Positions 9,059 to 19,832 of a stretch of 64,000 nucleotides of DNA are shown in pieces. Within the stretch, counting starts at the first letter, position 1; every line of letters starts with the position of its first letter. The notes beneath the pieces are model-generated. The model searched no databases. It was given only the letters and a program-made list of their open reading frames with translations, and was not told where the DNA came from. The DNA is from an uncultured Methanosarcinaceae archaeon (GTDB lineage Archaea; Halobacteriota; Methanosarcinia; Methanosarcinales; Methanosarcinaceae), in the NCBI GenBank assembly GCA_963721455.1, contig CAVRJG010000054.1, positions 64,001-128,000 on the forward strand, read 5' to 3'. A program made the position numbers and the translations under genes.

Positions 9059-10471
9059 TCATTTTTCTTTCAAATACTCGTCAATTGCCTTTGCTGCTTT
9101 CTTGCCTGCACCCATTGCGCTGATAACGGTTGCTGCGCCTGTCACCACGTCTCCGCCTGCAAAGACTCCGCACTTGGAGGTTGCGCCGGTTTCTTCGTCT
9201 GCAACTACAGTGCCCCTTTTGTTCTGCTCAAGGCCTTCCGAGCCTTTGAAGATTATGGGGTTCGGGGATGTGCCTATGGCGATAATTACAACATCGGCGG
9301 GGATTGTGAATTCCGAGCCTTCTACAGCGACAGGGCTTCTCCTGCCTGACTTGTCAGGTTCTCCAAGTTCCATTTTGATGCATTCGACGGCTGTAACATT
9401 GAACTTCTCATCGCCGAGGATGCGGACAGGGTTTGTAAGGAGCCTGAAAATTATGCCTTCTTCTTTAGCGTGCTCGATTTCTTCCCTGCGGGCTGGCATC
9501 TCGTCTTCCCCGCGGCGGTAGACTATGCTGACCTCGTCGGCACCCAGGCGGAGTGCAGAGCGGGCGGAATCCATTGCTACGTTTCCGCCTCCAACCACGA
9601 CAACGTGATTCCCGCGCCTGACTCTTGTGTCATATGCAGGGTCATAAGCTTTCATGAGATTTACGCGGGTCAGGAACTCGTTTGCGGAATATACGCCGTT
9701 GAAGTTTTCTCCCGGAATTCCCATAAAGCTTGGGAGGCCTGCGCCCGTGCCCAGGAAAACAGCGTCGAATTCATCGCAGAGTTCGTCTAAGGTCTTGATC
9801 CTGCCGATTATATAGTTGGGCCTGAACTCGACCCCTAGATTCTTGATATACTCTACTTCCTGTCGCACAATTTCTTTTGGCAGCCTAAACTCGGGGATGC
9901 CGTAACTCAGCACTCCGCCTGCTTTGTGCAGGGACTCAAAAACTGTAACTTTGTGGCCCAGCTTTGCGAGGTCTGCTGCGGCAGTAAGGCCTGCAGGCCC
10001 TGAGCCGACAACAGCTACCTTCTTTCCTGTGGGTTCGGGGATCTCAGAACCCTTTACACCTTTCTGGCGCTCATAGTCGGCGCAGAAACGTTCGAGCCTT
10101 CCGATTGCCACAGGCTGTCCCTTCTTTCCAAGTACGCAGAGAGCTTCGCACTGAGTTTCCTGAGGGCAGACGCGGCCGCAGATCGCAGGAAGGGCATTTG
10201 TGCCTTTAATTTTCTCGATCGCTCCTGCAAAATCTTCCTCGGAGACCAGTTTGATAAAGCCTGGAATATCCACATTCACAGGGCACCCTTCGACACACCT
10301 GGGGTCTTTACAGGAGAGACAGCGGGAAGCTTCGGCAAGAGCGTCTTCTTTCGTGTAGCTGAGAGTTACTTCGTTGAAATTCGTTCTGCGCTCGTCGGCA
10401 GGCTGCTCAGGCATCGGGGTTCTTTCTTTCTTTGCTTTTCCTGTATTTTCGTCGTCGTGTAATTCTTGCAT
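9059..10471 (-). CDS. sudA: GltD-like flavoprotein: sulfide dehydrogenase alpha / NfnB large subunit
   Basis: EASRCLSC..P.C..GCP, CGRVCPQETQCE, GSGPAGL, GGGNVAMD, GGDVVTG motifs; paired with a PyrK-like gene. Confidence 0.88.
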   Translation of the reverse strand: MQELHDDENTGKAKKERTPMPEQPADERRTNFNEVTLSYTKEDALAEASRCLSCKDPRCVEGCPVNVDIPGFIKLVSEEDFAGAIEKIKGTNALPAICGRVCPQETQCEALCVLGKKGQPVAIGRLERFCADYERQKGVKGSEIPEPTGKKVAVVGSGPAGLTAAADLAKLGHKVTVFESLHKAGGVLSYGIPEFRLPKEIVRQEVEYIKNLGVEFRPNYIIGRIKTLDELCDEFDAVFLGTGAGLPSFMGIPGENFNGVYSANEFLTRVNLMKAYDPAYDTRVRRGNHVVVVGGGNVAMDSARSALRLGADEVSIVYRRGEDEMPARREEIEHAKEEGIIFRLLTNPVRILGDEKFNVTAVECIKMELGEPDKSGRRSPVAVEGSEFTIPADVVIIAIGTSPNPIIFKGSEGLEQNKRGTVVADEETGATSKCGVFAGGDVVTGAATVISAMGAGKKAAKAIDEYLKEK

Positions 10472-10487
10472 TTTTCATCCCCTCCTT

Positions 10488-11333
10488 TTAGTGCAGTCCG
10501 CACCTGCATTCCTCTTCATACTTTTCCACGGCTTTTGTCTCTTCGCCGCGGTACATTGCAAGCCTGTTCATGAGTTCTACAAAGTCAACCTTCCGTGCGT
10601 CAAATTCAGGCCCGTCAACGCAGGTAAATTTCGTTTTTCCGTCAACTGTAACCCTGCAGCCGCCGCACATGCCTGTCCCGTCCACCATAATGGAGTTAAG
10701 ACTGACCAGGATTTCAACATCATAGGGAAAAGCTACTCCAGCCCCGACTTTCATCATGATTGGCGGTCCGATGATTACAACCCTTGAAACCTTTTCGCCG
10801 CTGTCCAGAATCCTTTTCATGATATCGGTCACAAATCCGTGATGACCTTTTGACCCATCATCGGTTGCGATATACAGTTCGGTACTGGCTTTTCTCATTT
10901 CGTCTTCAAGGATGAGAATATCTTTGTTCCGGGCTCCTATAATGGAAATTACCCTGTTGCCTGCTTTAGTATAAGCCTTTGCCTGGGGGTAAATAGGGGC
11001 AATTCCTACTCCTCCTCCGACAAGAATAACAGTGCCGAGTTTCCTGATATCGGCAGGGGTCCCAAGAGGTCCGACAAAATCTTCCAGAGACTCGCCTGCA
11101 GAGAGCTTTGCAAGCTGTTTTGTAGTCTTTCCCATCTCCTGGAATATCACGGTTACCGTGCCTTTCTCTTTTTCAAAATCGGCAATCGTGAGGGGGATCC
11201 TCTCCCCCCTTTCATCAATTCTGAGGATTACGAACTGTCCGGCTTTCGCAGCTTTTGCCACGTCAGGGGCATCTATGACCATGCTGTGCACCGACGGAGC
11301 GATTTCTTCCTTTTTCAGTATTTTATATGCCAT
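10488..11333 (-). CDS. sudB: PyrK-like FAD/2Fe-2S subunit: sulfide dehydrogenase beta / NfnA
   Basis: GERIPLTIAD, GGGVGIAP, MVDGTGMCGGCRV, CVDGPEFD; start moved to MAYKIL at 11333. Confidence 0.88.
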   Translation of the reverse strand: MAYKILKKEEIAPSVHSMVIDAPDVAKAAKAGQFVILRIDERGERIPLTIADFEKEKGTVTVIFQEMGKTTKQLAKLSAGESLEDFVGPLGTPADIRKLGTVILVGGGVGIAPIYPQAKAYTKAGNRVISIIGARNKDILILEDEMRKASTELYIATDDGSKGHHGFVTDIMKRILDSGEKVSRVVIIGPPIMMKVGAGVAFPYDVEILVSLNSIMVDGTGMCGGCRVTVDGKTKFTCVDGPEFDARKVDFVELMNRLAMYRGEETKAVEKYEEECRCGLH

Positions 11334-11901
11334 GGGATCACATTTTCCTGAGTAAAAGCGTATTTTTTGAGCAAATGAATCGGTAAATTTTGATGTAGCG
11401 GAGCTTTGCACGGGTTTTTTCACTCCCGGGCTTTTCCTCCTGGGCGTTCCCCTTATACTGATTAATGGGATATATATTCTCCCAAATAATTTTAATGATT
11501 TTGTCTGTCGGGATCATTTTTTGTTAAATTGTAAATGCCAACTCTTTGATACTTCTGTCTTAAAAAGAGCCTGAATATTCTTCAACTTTTTGACCATGGT
11601 TACAATAATTTAATAAATCAAGTGGGTATAATAAATTTAGGGGTAAACCCCGGAAGAGGTTCAATCAGGAGTCGGATTAGTGGAAAGGGGGGATAAAGCA
11701 GAGATAGTACAAACGATAGCCATATCTTATATAACCAGATCTTATAGCCATATCTGAACTTGAAAAATTAAATCTTTTGTCGGAAGGGAAATTCGTCTAA
11801 TATATGATGTTATAGAGGACGGGATAGTTTCTTTCTGGCAGCCGAATTAAGAGTAAAACGTAACGGAAATGAGTTTTACACAATATATGGGGGTTAATTA
11901 A

Positions 11902-12042
11902 ATGCCGGAAGAAAGAAGAGAAGGTCCAAAGGGAGAAAAACTGGAGGAAAAAGAAGGGGAAGAAGTAGCTGACGTCGATCCAATCCATCCGACTGAAGCG
12001 CGTGGCGGCAAGAAGAGATCGCTCCTTGATACCTGCAAATAA
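11902..12042 (+). CDS. 46-aa charged small protein, copy 1 (MPEERREGPKGEKLEEKEGEEVADVDPIHPTEARGGKKRSLLDTCK)
   Basis: GGGGGT RBS-like motif, ATG...TAA; exactly coincides with the perfectly conserved part of the duplication. Confidence 0.7.
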   Translation: MPEERREGPKGEKLEEKEGEEVADVDPIHPTEARGGKKRSLLDTCK

Positions 12043-12225
12043 TCTTATTATTTTTTTATTTTTTAGCCAGATCTTATAGCCAGATCTTAACTTAAAATTT
12101 TTGCCGGAAGGGAAAATTCGTCTACTATATAATGTCATAGGGGGCGGGATAATTCTTTCTGGCAGCCGGATTAAGGGGAAAACGTAACGGAAATAAGTTT
12201 TACACAATATATGGAGGTTAAATAA

Positions 12226-12366
12226 ATGCCGGAAGAAAGAAGAGAAGGTCCAAAGGGAGAAAAACTGGAGGAAAAAGAAGGGGAAGAAGTAGCTGACGTC
12301 GATCCAATCCATCCGACTGAAGCGCGTGGCGGCAAGAAGAGATCGCTCCTTGATACCTGCAAATAA
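12226..12366 (+). CDS. 46-aa charged small protein, copy 2 (identical)
   Basis: GGAGGT RBS; nucleotide-identical to 11902-12042. Confidence 0.72.
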   Translation: MPEERREGPKGEKLEEKEGEEVADVDPIHPTEARGGKKRSLLDTCK

Positions 12367-12378
12367 CTAACCAGATTT

Positions 12379-12571
12379 GTAACTATTCAGCCTACCAAAA
12401 CCAGTTGATTGATATTGATTTTAAAAAACAGAGAAGTCTGATTACTAACTGGTAAGAATTAAAAAAACGCAATCAATTGCCAACAATTAAATAAAATCAA
12501 TTCACAAAAATTTGGCAATCGGATTTATAAAGATGGATATCGAGGTTGTTTTGCTTGGGCTGAATAGTTAC
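12379..12571. mobile_element. 193-bp MITE with IS66-type ends (copy 2, inverted)
   Basis: GTAACTATTCAGCC ... GGCTGAATAGTTAC; flanked by CCAGATTT / CCCGATTT (8-bp TSD, 1 mismatch). Confidence 0.85.
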
Positions 12572-12667
12572 CCCGATTTTTTATTTGGGCATGTTATTGG
12601 AAGAATATCATGTGCGTTTTCTTTATCTCTTTATTGTGCTTTATTTTCTCTATTGTTTCCACAAATT

Positions 12668-12691
12668 ATATATGGGCATATGCGCATATAT
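12668..12691. promoter_or_regulatory. putative ArsR operator
   Basis: 24-bp imperfect palindrome ATATATGGGCATATGCGCATATAT, 10 bp upstream of the arsR start. Confidence 0.55.
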
Positions 12692-12701
12692 CAATATAAT
12701 T

Positions 12702-13808
12702 ATGCTTGAGAATAAAGTGAAATTTTTTAAAGCCCTTGCAGATGGGACCAGGCTTACTATCCTTTCTTATTTGCTGGAGCATAGTTACTGTGCCTGCGAT
12801 TTTCCTTCCCTTACTGAAAAGGACCAGTCAACAGTTTCAAAGCACCTTAAGGTGCTCTTTGAAGCCGGGATTTTAAAATATGAAAAAAAGGGACGGAATA
12901 TCATCTACACCATCAGGAATCAGGAAACCGAAAATCTGCTTGTGTCCCTTGGAATCAGGGAGATAAAACCCTGCTGCAACAGCCCGAAAGACTCCGGGGC
13001 TTTTTTCACGGATGAAATTACGCATAAAAAAGAACTTATTGATAAAAAAGAGGGTGATATAATGGATGCAGGTGAAAAGAAGGCTGTAATCAAAAAGAAA
13101 TACGGAGAAATTGCATTGGCAGGCGGTTCCTGTTGTTTCGGCGGCTCCTGTTGCGATTCGAGTGCTACAGATCTGTCTAAATCGATTGGGTATTCTGAGG
13201 ACGACCTCAGAGCTGTTCCAGACGCAAATCTGGGTCTTGGATGCGGCAACCCGACAGCTTTTGCAGAACTGAAACCCGGTGATGTTGTCCTTGATCTCGG
13301 CTCAGGAGCAGGATTTGACTGTTTCCTTGCGGCACAGAAAGTTGGAAGCTCAGGGAAAATAATCGGAGTTGACATGACGCAGATCATGCTCGAGAAAGCG
13401 CAGGTCAATGCCCTGAAATATGGCTATTCAAATGTCGAGTTCCGCCTCGGAGATATTGAAGCACTTCCGGTTGAGAGCAGGTCAATAGATGTCATAATCA
13501 GCAACTGCGTAATTAACCTGGCTCCGGACAAAGAAACGGTTTTCAGGGAAGCCTTCAGGGTTCTGAAGCCGGGAGGCAGGATGTATATTTCGGATATGGT
13601 TCTTCTGGCTGAGCTTCCTGAAGACCTGAAAAATGACAAAGACCTGCTGGCAGGCTGTGTTGCAGGTGCGCTGTTAAAAGAAGAGTATCTCAGGCTTTTG
13701 AAAAAGGCCGGGTTTTCAATTGAAATTCTCGATGAAGATTCGGATATAAGCAAAAGGCAGTATGGGGAGCTGCCTGTGGAGAGCTTGAAACTGAAGGCGT
13801 GGATATAA
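12702..13808 (+). CDS. arsM: in-frame fusion of an ArsR/SmtB regulator and arsenite S-adenosylmethyltransferase ArsM
   Basis: [25 protein letters not shown] (ArsR HTH), then [33 protein letters not shown] (ArsM); internal RBS and ATG at 13062. Confidence 0.85.
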   Translation: MLENKVKFFKALADGTRLTILSYLLEHSYCACDFPSLTEKDQSTVSKHLKVLFEAGILKYEKKGRNIIYTIRNQETENLLVSLGIREIKPCCNSPKDSGAFFTDEITHKKELIDKKEGDIMDAGEKKAVIKKKYGEIALAGGSCCFGGSCCDSSATDLSKSIGYSEDDLRAVPDANLGLGCGNPTAFAELKPGDVVLDLGSGAGFDCFLAAQKVGSSGKIIGVDMTQIMLEKAQVNALKYGYSNVEFRLGDIEALPVESRSIDVIISNCVINLAPDKETVFREAFRVLKPGGRMYISDMVLLAELPEDLKNDKDLLAGCVAGALLKEEYLRLLKKAGFSIEILDEDSDISKRQYGELPVESLKLKAWI

Positions 13809-14123
13809 GACGGAGTTTCTTTTCAGTTTCTTTATTTTTACTTCTTTTTTATGAACGAACTGACTAACGTTTTCAAACATAATAAATTAAAAATATTGGT
13901 TGAAAATGATAGTCAGAAGAATATGAATTTGAAGATACGAACCCAAAATTAATACTTTCTGACTTTAATTATTTTTTGGGCAAAGATTATTTAATAACTC
14001 TCTTTGTATATACTCTAATCTCGTGTTTTTGAGCGTATCTATAACCTCTTTATTTCAAAATTGATCTATATACCCTGAATAAGATAATTTAAGATTACAT
14101 CCGTTTACCGATATCTAAAGGAG

Positions 14124-15500
14124 ATGACAGGCATAAAATCGATAATTCTTGCAGGTGGCTCAGGAACGCGACTCTGGCCTCTCAGCCGGGAAATGTATCC
14201 CAAGCAATTTTTAAAGTTTGGCAGTACATCTCTTTTCCAGGAAACCGTTCTCCGATGCCTTGAAGTTTCTGACATTTCAGAAATTTTTGTTGTAACGAAC
14301 GAAGCTCAGAAATTTTTCGTAATCGGGCAGATCAAGGAAATAGGGTACTCGATCCCTGCCGAGAATGTTTTAATTGAACCCGAAGGCAAGAATACGCTTC
14401 CTGCAATCTTCTTCGGAATGAAAGAGATTGAGAAGAAATTTGGGCAATCTATAGTAGGAGTATTCTCTTCAGATCATGTCCTCGACAGAGCTGCAATGAA
14501 GACAATTTCTTCGGCTGAAGAGCTGGCTTCGGATTTCCTGGTCACCTTTGGGGTTGTACCTGATTTTCCTCATACCGGGTACGGTTATATTAAAATCTCA
14601 GAAGCCTGTGAGCCGGGTTACAGAGTTTCGGAATTTAGAGAAAAGCCGGATTTGGAAACTGCGGAAAAGTACATTCAAGAAGGCTGCCTCTGGAATAGTG
14701 GCATGTTTCTTTTCGAGACAGGGCTTTTCTTTGAGGAAGTTAAGAAACACGCACCGTCTGTTTTCGCATGTTTTGAGGACGGAAAGGACATTAATGAGAT
14801 TTATGCAAATGTGGACAGGATTTCCATAGACTATGGAATAATGGAAAAGTCAGATAGAGTCGCAGTTGTAAAGCTGGACCAGAAATGGAGCGATCTTGGA
14901 AATTTTGCGGCAATCTACGATGAGTTCGAAAAAGACTCCGTAGGAAACGTAATCCACGAATGTGATCCTCTGCTGCTTAACTCTGATGGAAATCTCGTAT
15001 TTTCAAAATGCGGTAAAATTGTTTCACTCATCGACGTTAAGGATATGGTCATTATCGATACCAGTGATGCTCTGTTAGTGTGCCCTAAATCCAGTAGCCA
15101 GAAGGTGAAGGATATTGTCTCCGTGCTTAAAGACAGAGACGACGAAAGGGCATATATAGGGCAGACAGTCTACCGGCCCTGGGGTTCGTATACCTTACTT
15201 GAAGTTTCTCCCGAGCATAAGATTAAAAATATCACTGTGCTTCCTGATCATAAGTTAAGCCTCCAGCTGCATTACCACAGGAGTGAACACTGGGTTGTTG
15301 TAAAAGGCATGGCATGTGTGGAAGTAAGCGGACAGCAGTTTTTCCTGAGACCCGGGGAAAGCACTTTTATCAGCGCAGGAGAGAAACACAGATTGTCCAA
15401 CCCCGGGAAGATTCCGCTTGAGATTATTGAAGTACAGTTAGGAGAACTTGTGGACGAAGCAGATATTGTCAGGTTTGAAGATGTCTATGGGAGGAACTGA
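14124..15500 (+). CDS. manC: mannose-1-phosphate guanylyltransferase / mannose-6-phosphate isomerase
   Basis: ILAGGSGTRLWPLSR..PKQF, SIDYGIMEK, RPWGSY, LSLQLHYHRSEHWVVV cupin. Confidence 0.95.
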   Translation: MTGIKSIILAGGSGTRLWPLSREMYPKQFLKFGSTSLFQETVLRCLEVSDISEIFVVTNEAQKFFVIGQIKEIGYSIPAENVLIEPEGKNTLPAIFFGMKEIEKKFGQSIVGVFSSDHVLDRAAMKTISSAEELASDFLVTFGVVPDFPHTGYGYIKISEACEPGYRVSEFREKPDLETAEKYIQEGCLWNSGMFLFETGLFFEEVKKHAPSVFACFEDGKDINEIYANVDRISIDYGIMEKSDRVAVVKLDQKWSDLGNFAAIYDEFEKDSVGNVIHECDPLLLNSDGNLVFSKCGKIVSLIDVKDMVIIDTSDALLVCPKSSSQKVKDIVSVLKDRDDERAYIGQTVYRPWGSYTLLEVSPEHKIKNITVLPDHKLSLQLHYHRSEHWVVVKGMACVEVSGQQFFLRPGESTFISAGEKHRLSNPGKIPLEIIEVQLGELVDEADIVRFEDVYGRN

Positions 15501-15505
15501 TAAGT

Positions 15506-16059
15506 GTGAACGTAATAGACACGAAAATTAGCGACCTTTTTATACTTGAACCTAAAGTTTTTACGGATGACCGGGGCTATTTTTTTGAAAGCTATAATAA
15601 GACGACTCTGGATGACCTTTTAGGAAAAGAATACAAGTTTGTTCAGGACAATGAATCCAAATCGTCTTATGGAGTAATTCGTGGTCTCCATTATCAGTTA
15701 GCTCCTTACAGCCAGGCAAAACTTGTAAGAGTTCTGCAAGGGAAAGTATATGATGTTGCAGTAGATCTGAGGAAGGATTCCCCTACTTTTCGGGAATGGG
15801 TTGGGGTTGAACTTTCCGCTGAAAACAAAAGGCAGTTTTTAATTCCGAAAGGTTTTGCCCACGGTTTTTCCGTACTGAGCGAAACCGCCATCTTTGAATA
15901 TAAATGCGATGAATACTACCATCCTGAGGCTGAAGCAGGAATTATCTACAATGATCCGTCACTGAATATTGACTGGAAAATAGAAAACTGAGAATGTAAA
16001 GAGCTTTCCGAAAGGATCTGCTACTCCCAAAATTAGAAGAAACTAAAATGAATTTTTAA
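15506..16059 (+). pseudogene. rfbC: dTDP-4-dehydrorhamnose 3,5-epimerase, C-terminal frameshift(s)
   Basis: DDRGYFFES, VIRGLHYQ, GFAHGF; frame stops at 15991 while an LS..D.LLPKLEE-like tail continues out of frame to 16059. Confidence 0.7.
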
Positions 16060-16157
16060 AACTTAGGTAAAATTTTTATCCATTACTCGTAATTTACGGC
16101 ATCGCATTATCTATTAAAGTTCCAAGTATTTATTAACACACCAAGGGGTGACCTAAA

Positions 16158-17115
16158 TTGAAACTTCTGGTTACAGGGGGCTGCGGATTCATAGGCAGCA
16201 ACTTTATTCGTTACATGCTCGAAAAGTATCCCGAATTATCAAATTGTAAACCTTGACAAATTAACTTATGCCGGAAATCCTGCCAATCTCAAGGATCTTG
16301 AAAATAACCCGAATTACTCTTTTGTGCAAGGAGACATCTGTGATTCTAGAGCTGTTAATGAAGTGATGAAAAAAGTCGATAGTGTTGTGCATTTCGCAGC
16401 CGAAAGTCATGTTGACCGTTCAATTGAGGATGGCTCTATTTTTGTCAGAACAAATGTATTAGGGACAAATACTCTTCTGCAAAGTGCGCTTGCATATAAT
16501 ATCAAGAAATTTATCCATATTTCAACTGATGAAGTATATGGCAGCATTAAAGAAGGTTCTTTTACTGAAAAGGACAATTTGAATCCTTCAAGCCCTTATT
16601 CTTCAAGCAAAGCAGGTTCCGATCTTCTTGCAATGTCCTACTATACAACCTACGGCCTGCCCGTTTGCATAACCCGATGCACGAACAACTTCGGGCCTTA
16701 TCAGTATCCTGAAAAACTAATTCCGTTTTTTATCAGCAGATTGATGGAAGGGAAGAAGGTATCTGTCTACGGAACCGGTCTCAACATTCGTGACTGGATT
16801 TATGTTGAAGATCACTGTTCTGCAGTAGATTTTGTTCTTCACAACGGGACCAGTGGAGAAATATACAACATAGACGGCGGAAACGAACTTACAAACCTTG
16901 AAATTACTCAGCGCCTTCTTAAAATGCTTGGCAAAGATGAATCTTCAATCGAATATGTTGAAGACCGAAAAGGCCACGATTTCCGGTATTCCCTTGACGG
17001 CAGCAAACTTGAAAAAATGGGCTGGCAGCCTGAGTATGACTTTGACACTGCCCTTGAGCAAACAGTCCGATGGTATATTGAAAATCGATGGTGGTGGGAA
17101 CCATTAAAACGCTAA
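16158..17115 (+). pseudogene. rfbB: dTDP-glucose 4,6-dehydratase with a +1 frameshift near 16234
   Basis: TTG-KLLVTGGCGFIGSNF from 16158 is out of frame with VNLDKLTYAGN...HFAAESHVDRSI...PYSSSK. Confidence 0.85.
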
Positions 17116-17897
17116 TTCTTGGTGCCGGCGGAATGCTCGGGTACGATCTTTGCAAAGTATTTCCAGATGCTGCGAAACTGACACATACAGATATTGACAT
17201 AACAGACAGAGAGCTGGTACTGAAATCCATCCGAAAAATAAAACCCGAGCTCGTAATAAATGCAGCAGCCTATACCGATGTTGACGGCTGTGAGGACAGG
17301 CAGGAACTGGCACTTCAGGTTAATGGGTATGCGCCTGGATATATTGCTGAAGCTTGCAATGAAATAGCTGCAACACTTGTACATTTCAGCACAGATTACG
17401 TATTTGACGGGTCAAAAAAAGAATATACAGAGTCCGGCATTCCTCATCCGATTAATGTATATGGTAGCTCAAAACTTCTTGGTGAACAGAAAATTGCAAA
17501 AAACCTGGACGATTATAGAATTATCCGGATTTCCTGGCTTTTTGGTACGCACGGAAAAAACTTTGTAGAAACAATGCTGAGATTATCCGGTGAGATGGCT
17601 CAGGTCAGAGTTGTCAATGATCAATTTGGAAAACCCACCTATACTGTAGACCTCGCGAATAAGATTGCGGAGATTGCTGAACTTGAAGCCGGGATATACC
17701 ATGTAACAAATGAGGGTGTATGTTCCTGGTACGAATTTGCATCTGCCGTCATAAATAATACTGTTCCCTGTACAAGTGAAGAATTTCCAAGGAAAGCCAG
17801 GCGTCCAAAATATTCGGTTCTTGTAAACACTAAAACCGGGCCTATGAGGCATTGGAAAGAAGCGCTTAAAGATTATCTGAAGGAGAGAAATGTATGA
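17088..17897 (+). CDS. rfbD: dTDP-4-dehydrorhamnose reductase
   Basis: GAGGMLG, NAAAYTDVDGCE, STDYVFDG, YGSSK. Confidence 0.93.
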   Translation: MVVGTIKTLILGAGGMLGYDLCKVFPDAAKLTHTDIDITDRELVLKSIRKIKPELVINAAAYTDVDGCEDRQELALQVNGYAPGYIAEACNEIAATLVHFSTDYVFDGSKKEYTESGIPHPINVYGSSKLLGEQKIAKNLDDYRIIRISWLFGTHGKNFVETMLRLSGEMAQVRVVNDQFGKPTYTVDLANKIAEIAELEAGIYHVTNEGVCSWYEFASAVINNTVPCTSEEFPRKARRPKYSVLVNTKTGPMRHWKEALKDYLKERNV

Positions 17898-18604
17898 AAG
17901 GCGTAATACTCGCAGGCGGTACCGGCAGCAGGCTCTACCCCCTGACTAAAGTTACAAACAAGCATCTTTTGCCTGTCTATGATAAGCCAATGATCTTTTA
18001 TCCAATCCAGACTCTCATTGGAGCAGGTATCAAAGAGATAATGATCGTATCCGGTCGAGGACATGCCGGACATTTTCTTGAGCTTCTGGGATCAGGTGCA
18101 GATCTCGGAGTTAGATTTACGTACGAAATTCAGGAAGACGCCGGAGGTATCGCACAGGCACTTTATCTGGCAAAGGATTTTGTTGATAATGATAACGTGA
18201 CTGTTATTTTAGGGGACAATATCTTTCAGGACAAAGTGGATGATACTGTACGGCATTTTAACTATGGGGCTCAGATTTTTCTGAAAAGTGTGCCCGATGC
18301 TCAGAGGTTCGGTGTTGCCGAGATTGAAGTAAAAAATAAGAAAGTTATTTGTATTGAAGAAAAACCTCAGAACCCCAAATCCAACTATGCGGTTACAGGC
18401 CTGTATATCTATGATAAAAATGTGTTTAGTATAATAGAAACTTTAAAGCCTTCTGGCCGAGGAGAACTTGAAATAACGGATGTAAATAATCATTATATCC
18501 AACGTGGAGATATGAAGTATTCAATACTAAATGGCTATTGGAGTGATGCGGGTACTTTTGATAGTCTTTTAAAAGCAGGAAATTTAGTAAAAAACCAAAA
18601 ATAA
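17894..18604 (+). CDS. rfbA: glucose-1-phosphate thymidylyltransferase
   Basis: ILAGGTGSRLYPLT..TNKHLLPVYDKPM, EEKP, RGELEITD. Confidence 0.92.
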   Translation: MKGVILAGGTGSRLYPLTKVTNKHLLPVYDKPMIFYPIQTLIGAGIKEIMIVSGRGHAGHFLELLGSGADLGVRFTYEIQEDAGGIAQALYLAKDFVDNDNVTVILGDNIFQDKVDDTVRHFNYGAQIFLKSVPDAQRFGVAEIEVKNKKVICIEEKPQNPKSNYAVTGLYIYDKNVFSIIETLKPSGRGELEITDVNNHYIQRGDMKYSILNGYWSDAGTFDSLLKAGNLVKNQK

Positions 18605-18760
18605 TTAAGGTCAAGAAAATATTATTCCTGTAAGTTTTTAATGCTTTTTGATATCCCATTAAAATTACGGATTTAATTCTTCTTAATATTATCTCGCTTG
18701 ATGTAGTAAAATTTTATCTTTTATAGATTAATCAGAATTCCTAGTTAAAGTGGAGTAAAA

Positions 18761-19816
18761 ATGCCTAAAGTTGCATTGATCACAGGAATTACAGGTCAGG
18801 ATGGGGCTTACTTAGCGGAGTTTCTCCTTAATAAAGAATACACTGTACATGGTATAAAGCGGAGATCTTCTTCATTTAATACTGCAAGAATCGATCATCT
18901 TTATAAAGATCCTCACGAAAGAAATGTAAATTTTTTCATGCATTATGGCGACCTTACGGATTCTACCAATCTTATCCGTATAATACAGGAAACCCAGCCG
19001 GATGAAATTTATAATCTGGCAGCTCAGAGCCATGTTCAGGTATCCTTCGAAACCCCGGAGTATACGGCAAATTCCGACGGGCTGGGAACACTGCGCCTTC
19101 TGGAAGCGATTCGAATTCTGGGCCTTGAGAAAAAAACAAAATTCTACCAGGCTTCAACAAGTGAACTTTACGGGAAGGCCCAGGAAATTCCCCAGAAAGA
19201 AACAACTCCTTTCTACCCGAGAAGCCCGTACGCAGCAGCTAAACTATACGCATACTGGATTACGGTAAACTACCGCGAAGCGTACGATATTTTTGCATGT
19301 AATGGTATTTTATTCAACCATGAATCTCCTATTCGGGGGGAGACATTCGTTACCAGAAAAATTACCATGGCAGCCACAAAGATAAAGCACGGACTTCAGG
19401 AGAAGCTTTACCTTGGAAACCTTGATGCAAAAAGAGATTGGGGATTTGCAAAAGACTATGTGGAAGCAATGTGGCTGATTCTCCAGCAGGAATATCCAGA
19501 TGACTACGTAATTGCGACAGGAGAAACTCACTCAGTAAGGGAGTTTACGGAATTGGCGTTTAAGGAAGTAGGAATCGATATTTTGTGGAAAGGCGAAGAT
19601 ACCGAAGAAGTCGGAATAGATTCCAGTACAGGCAAAACCCTGGTAGAAATAGATCCCAGGTACTATAGGCCTACCGAAGTAGATTTACTGATGGGAGACC
19701 CCTCGAAAGCAAAGGAAAAACTTGGTTGGGAACCTAAAGTAAAATTGGAAGAACTGGTAAAAATTATGATAAAAGCCGATGAAAAGGCTGTAGAGCAAAA
19801 TCACTCTTTTGAATGA
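18761..19816 (+). CDS. gmd: GDP-mannose 4,6-dehydratase
   Basis: [39 protein letters not shown]. Confidence 0.96.
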   Translation: MPKVALITGITGQDGAYLAEFLLNKEYTVHGIKRRSSSFNTARIDHLYKDPHERNVNFFMHYGDLTDSTNLIRIIQETQPDEIYNLAAQSHVQVSFETPEYTANSDGLGTLRLLEAIRILGLEKKTKFYQASTSELYGKAQEIPQKETTPFYPRSPYAAAKLYAYWITVNYREAYDIFACNGILFNHESPIRGETFVTRKITMAATKIKHGLQEKLYLGNLDAKRDWGFAKDYVEAMWLILQQEYPDDYVIATGETHSVREFTELAFKEVGIDILWKGEDTEEVGIDSSTGKTLVEIDPRYYRPTEVDLLMGDPSKAKEKLGWEPKVKLEELVKIMIKADEKAVEQNHSFE

Positions 19817-19832
19817 AGTAAAGGTGGTTATT

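Larger units (their letters stand above)
11735..12366 (+). repeat. tandem duplication of about 300-bp units (11735-12042 and 12067-12366)
   Basis: Upstream parts diverged, final 141 bp identical. Confidence 0.92.

Noticed and set aside
11797-12362. Minus-strand 171-aa and 63-aa ORFs with internal repeats
   Set aside because: Antisense to the duplicated plus-strand peptide genes, which have RBSs and coincide with the conserved block.
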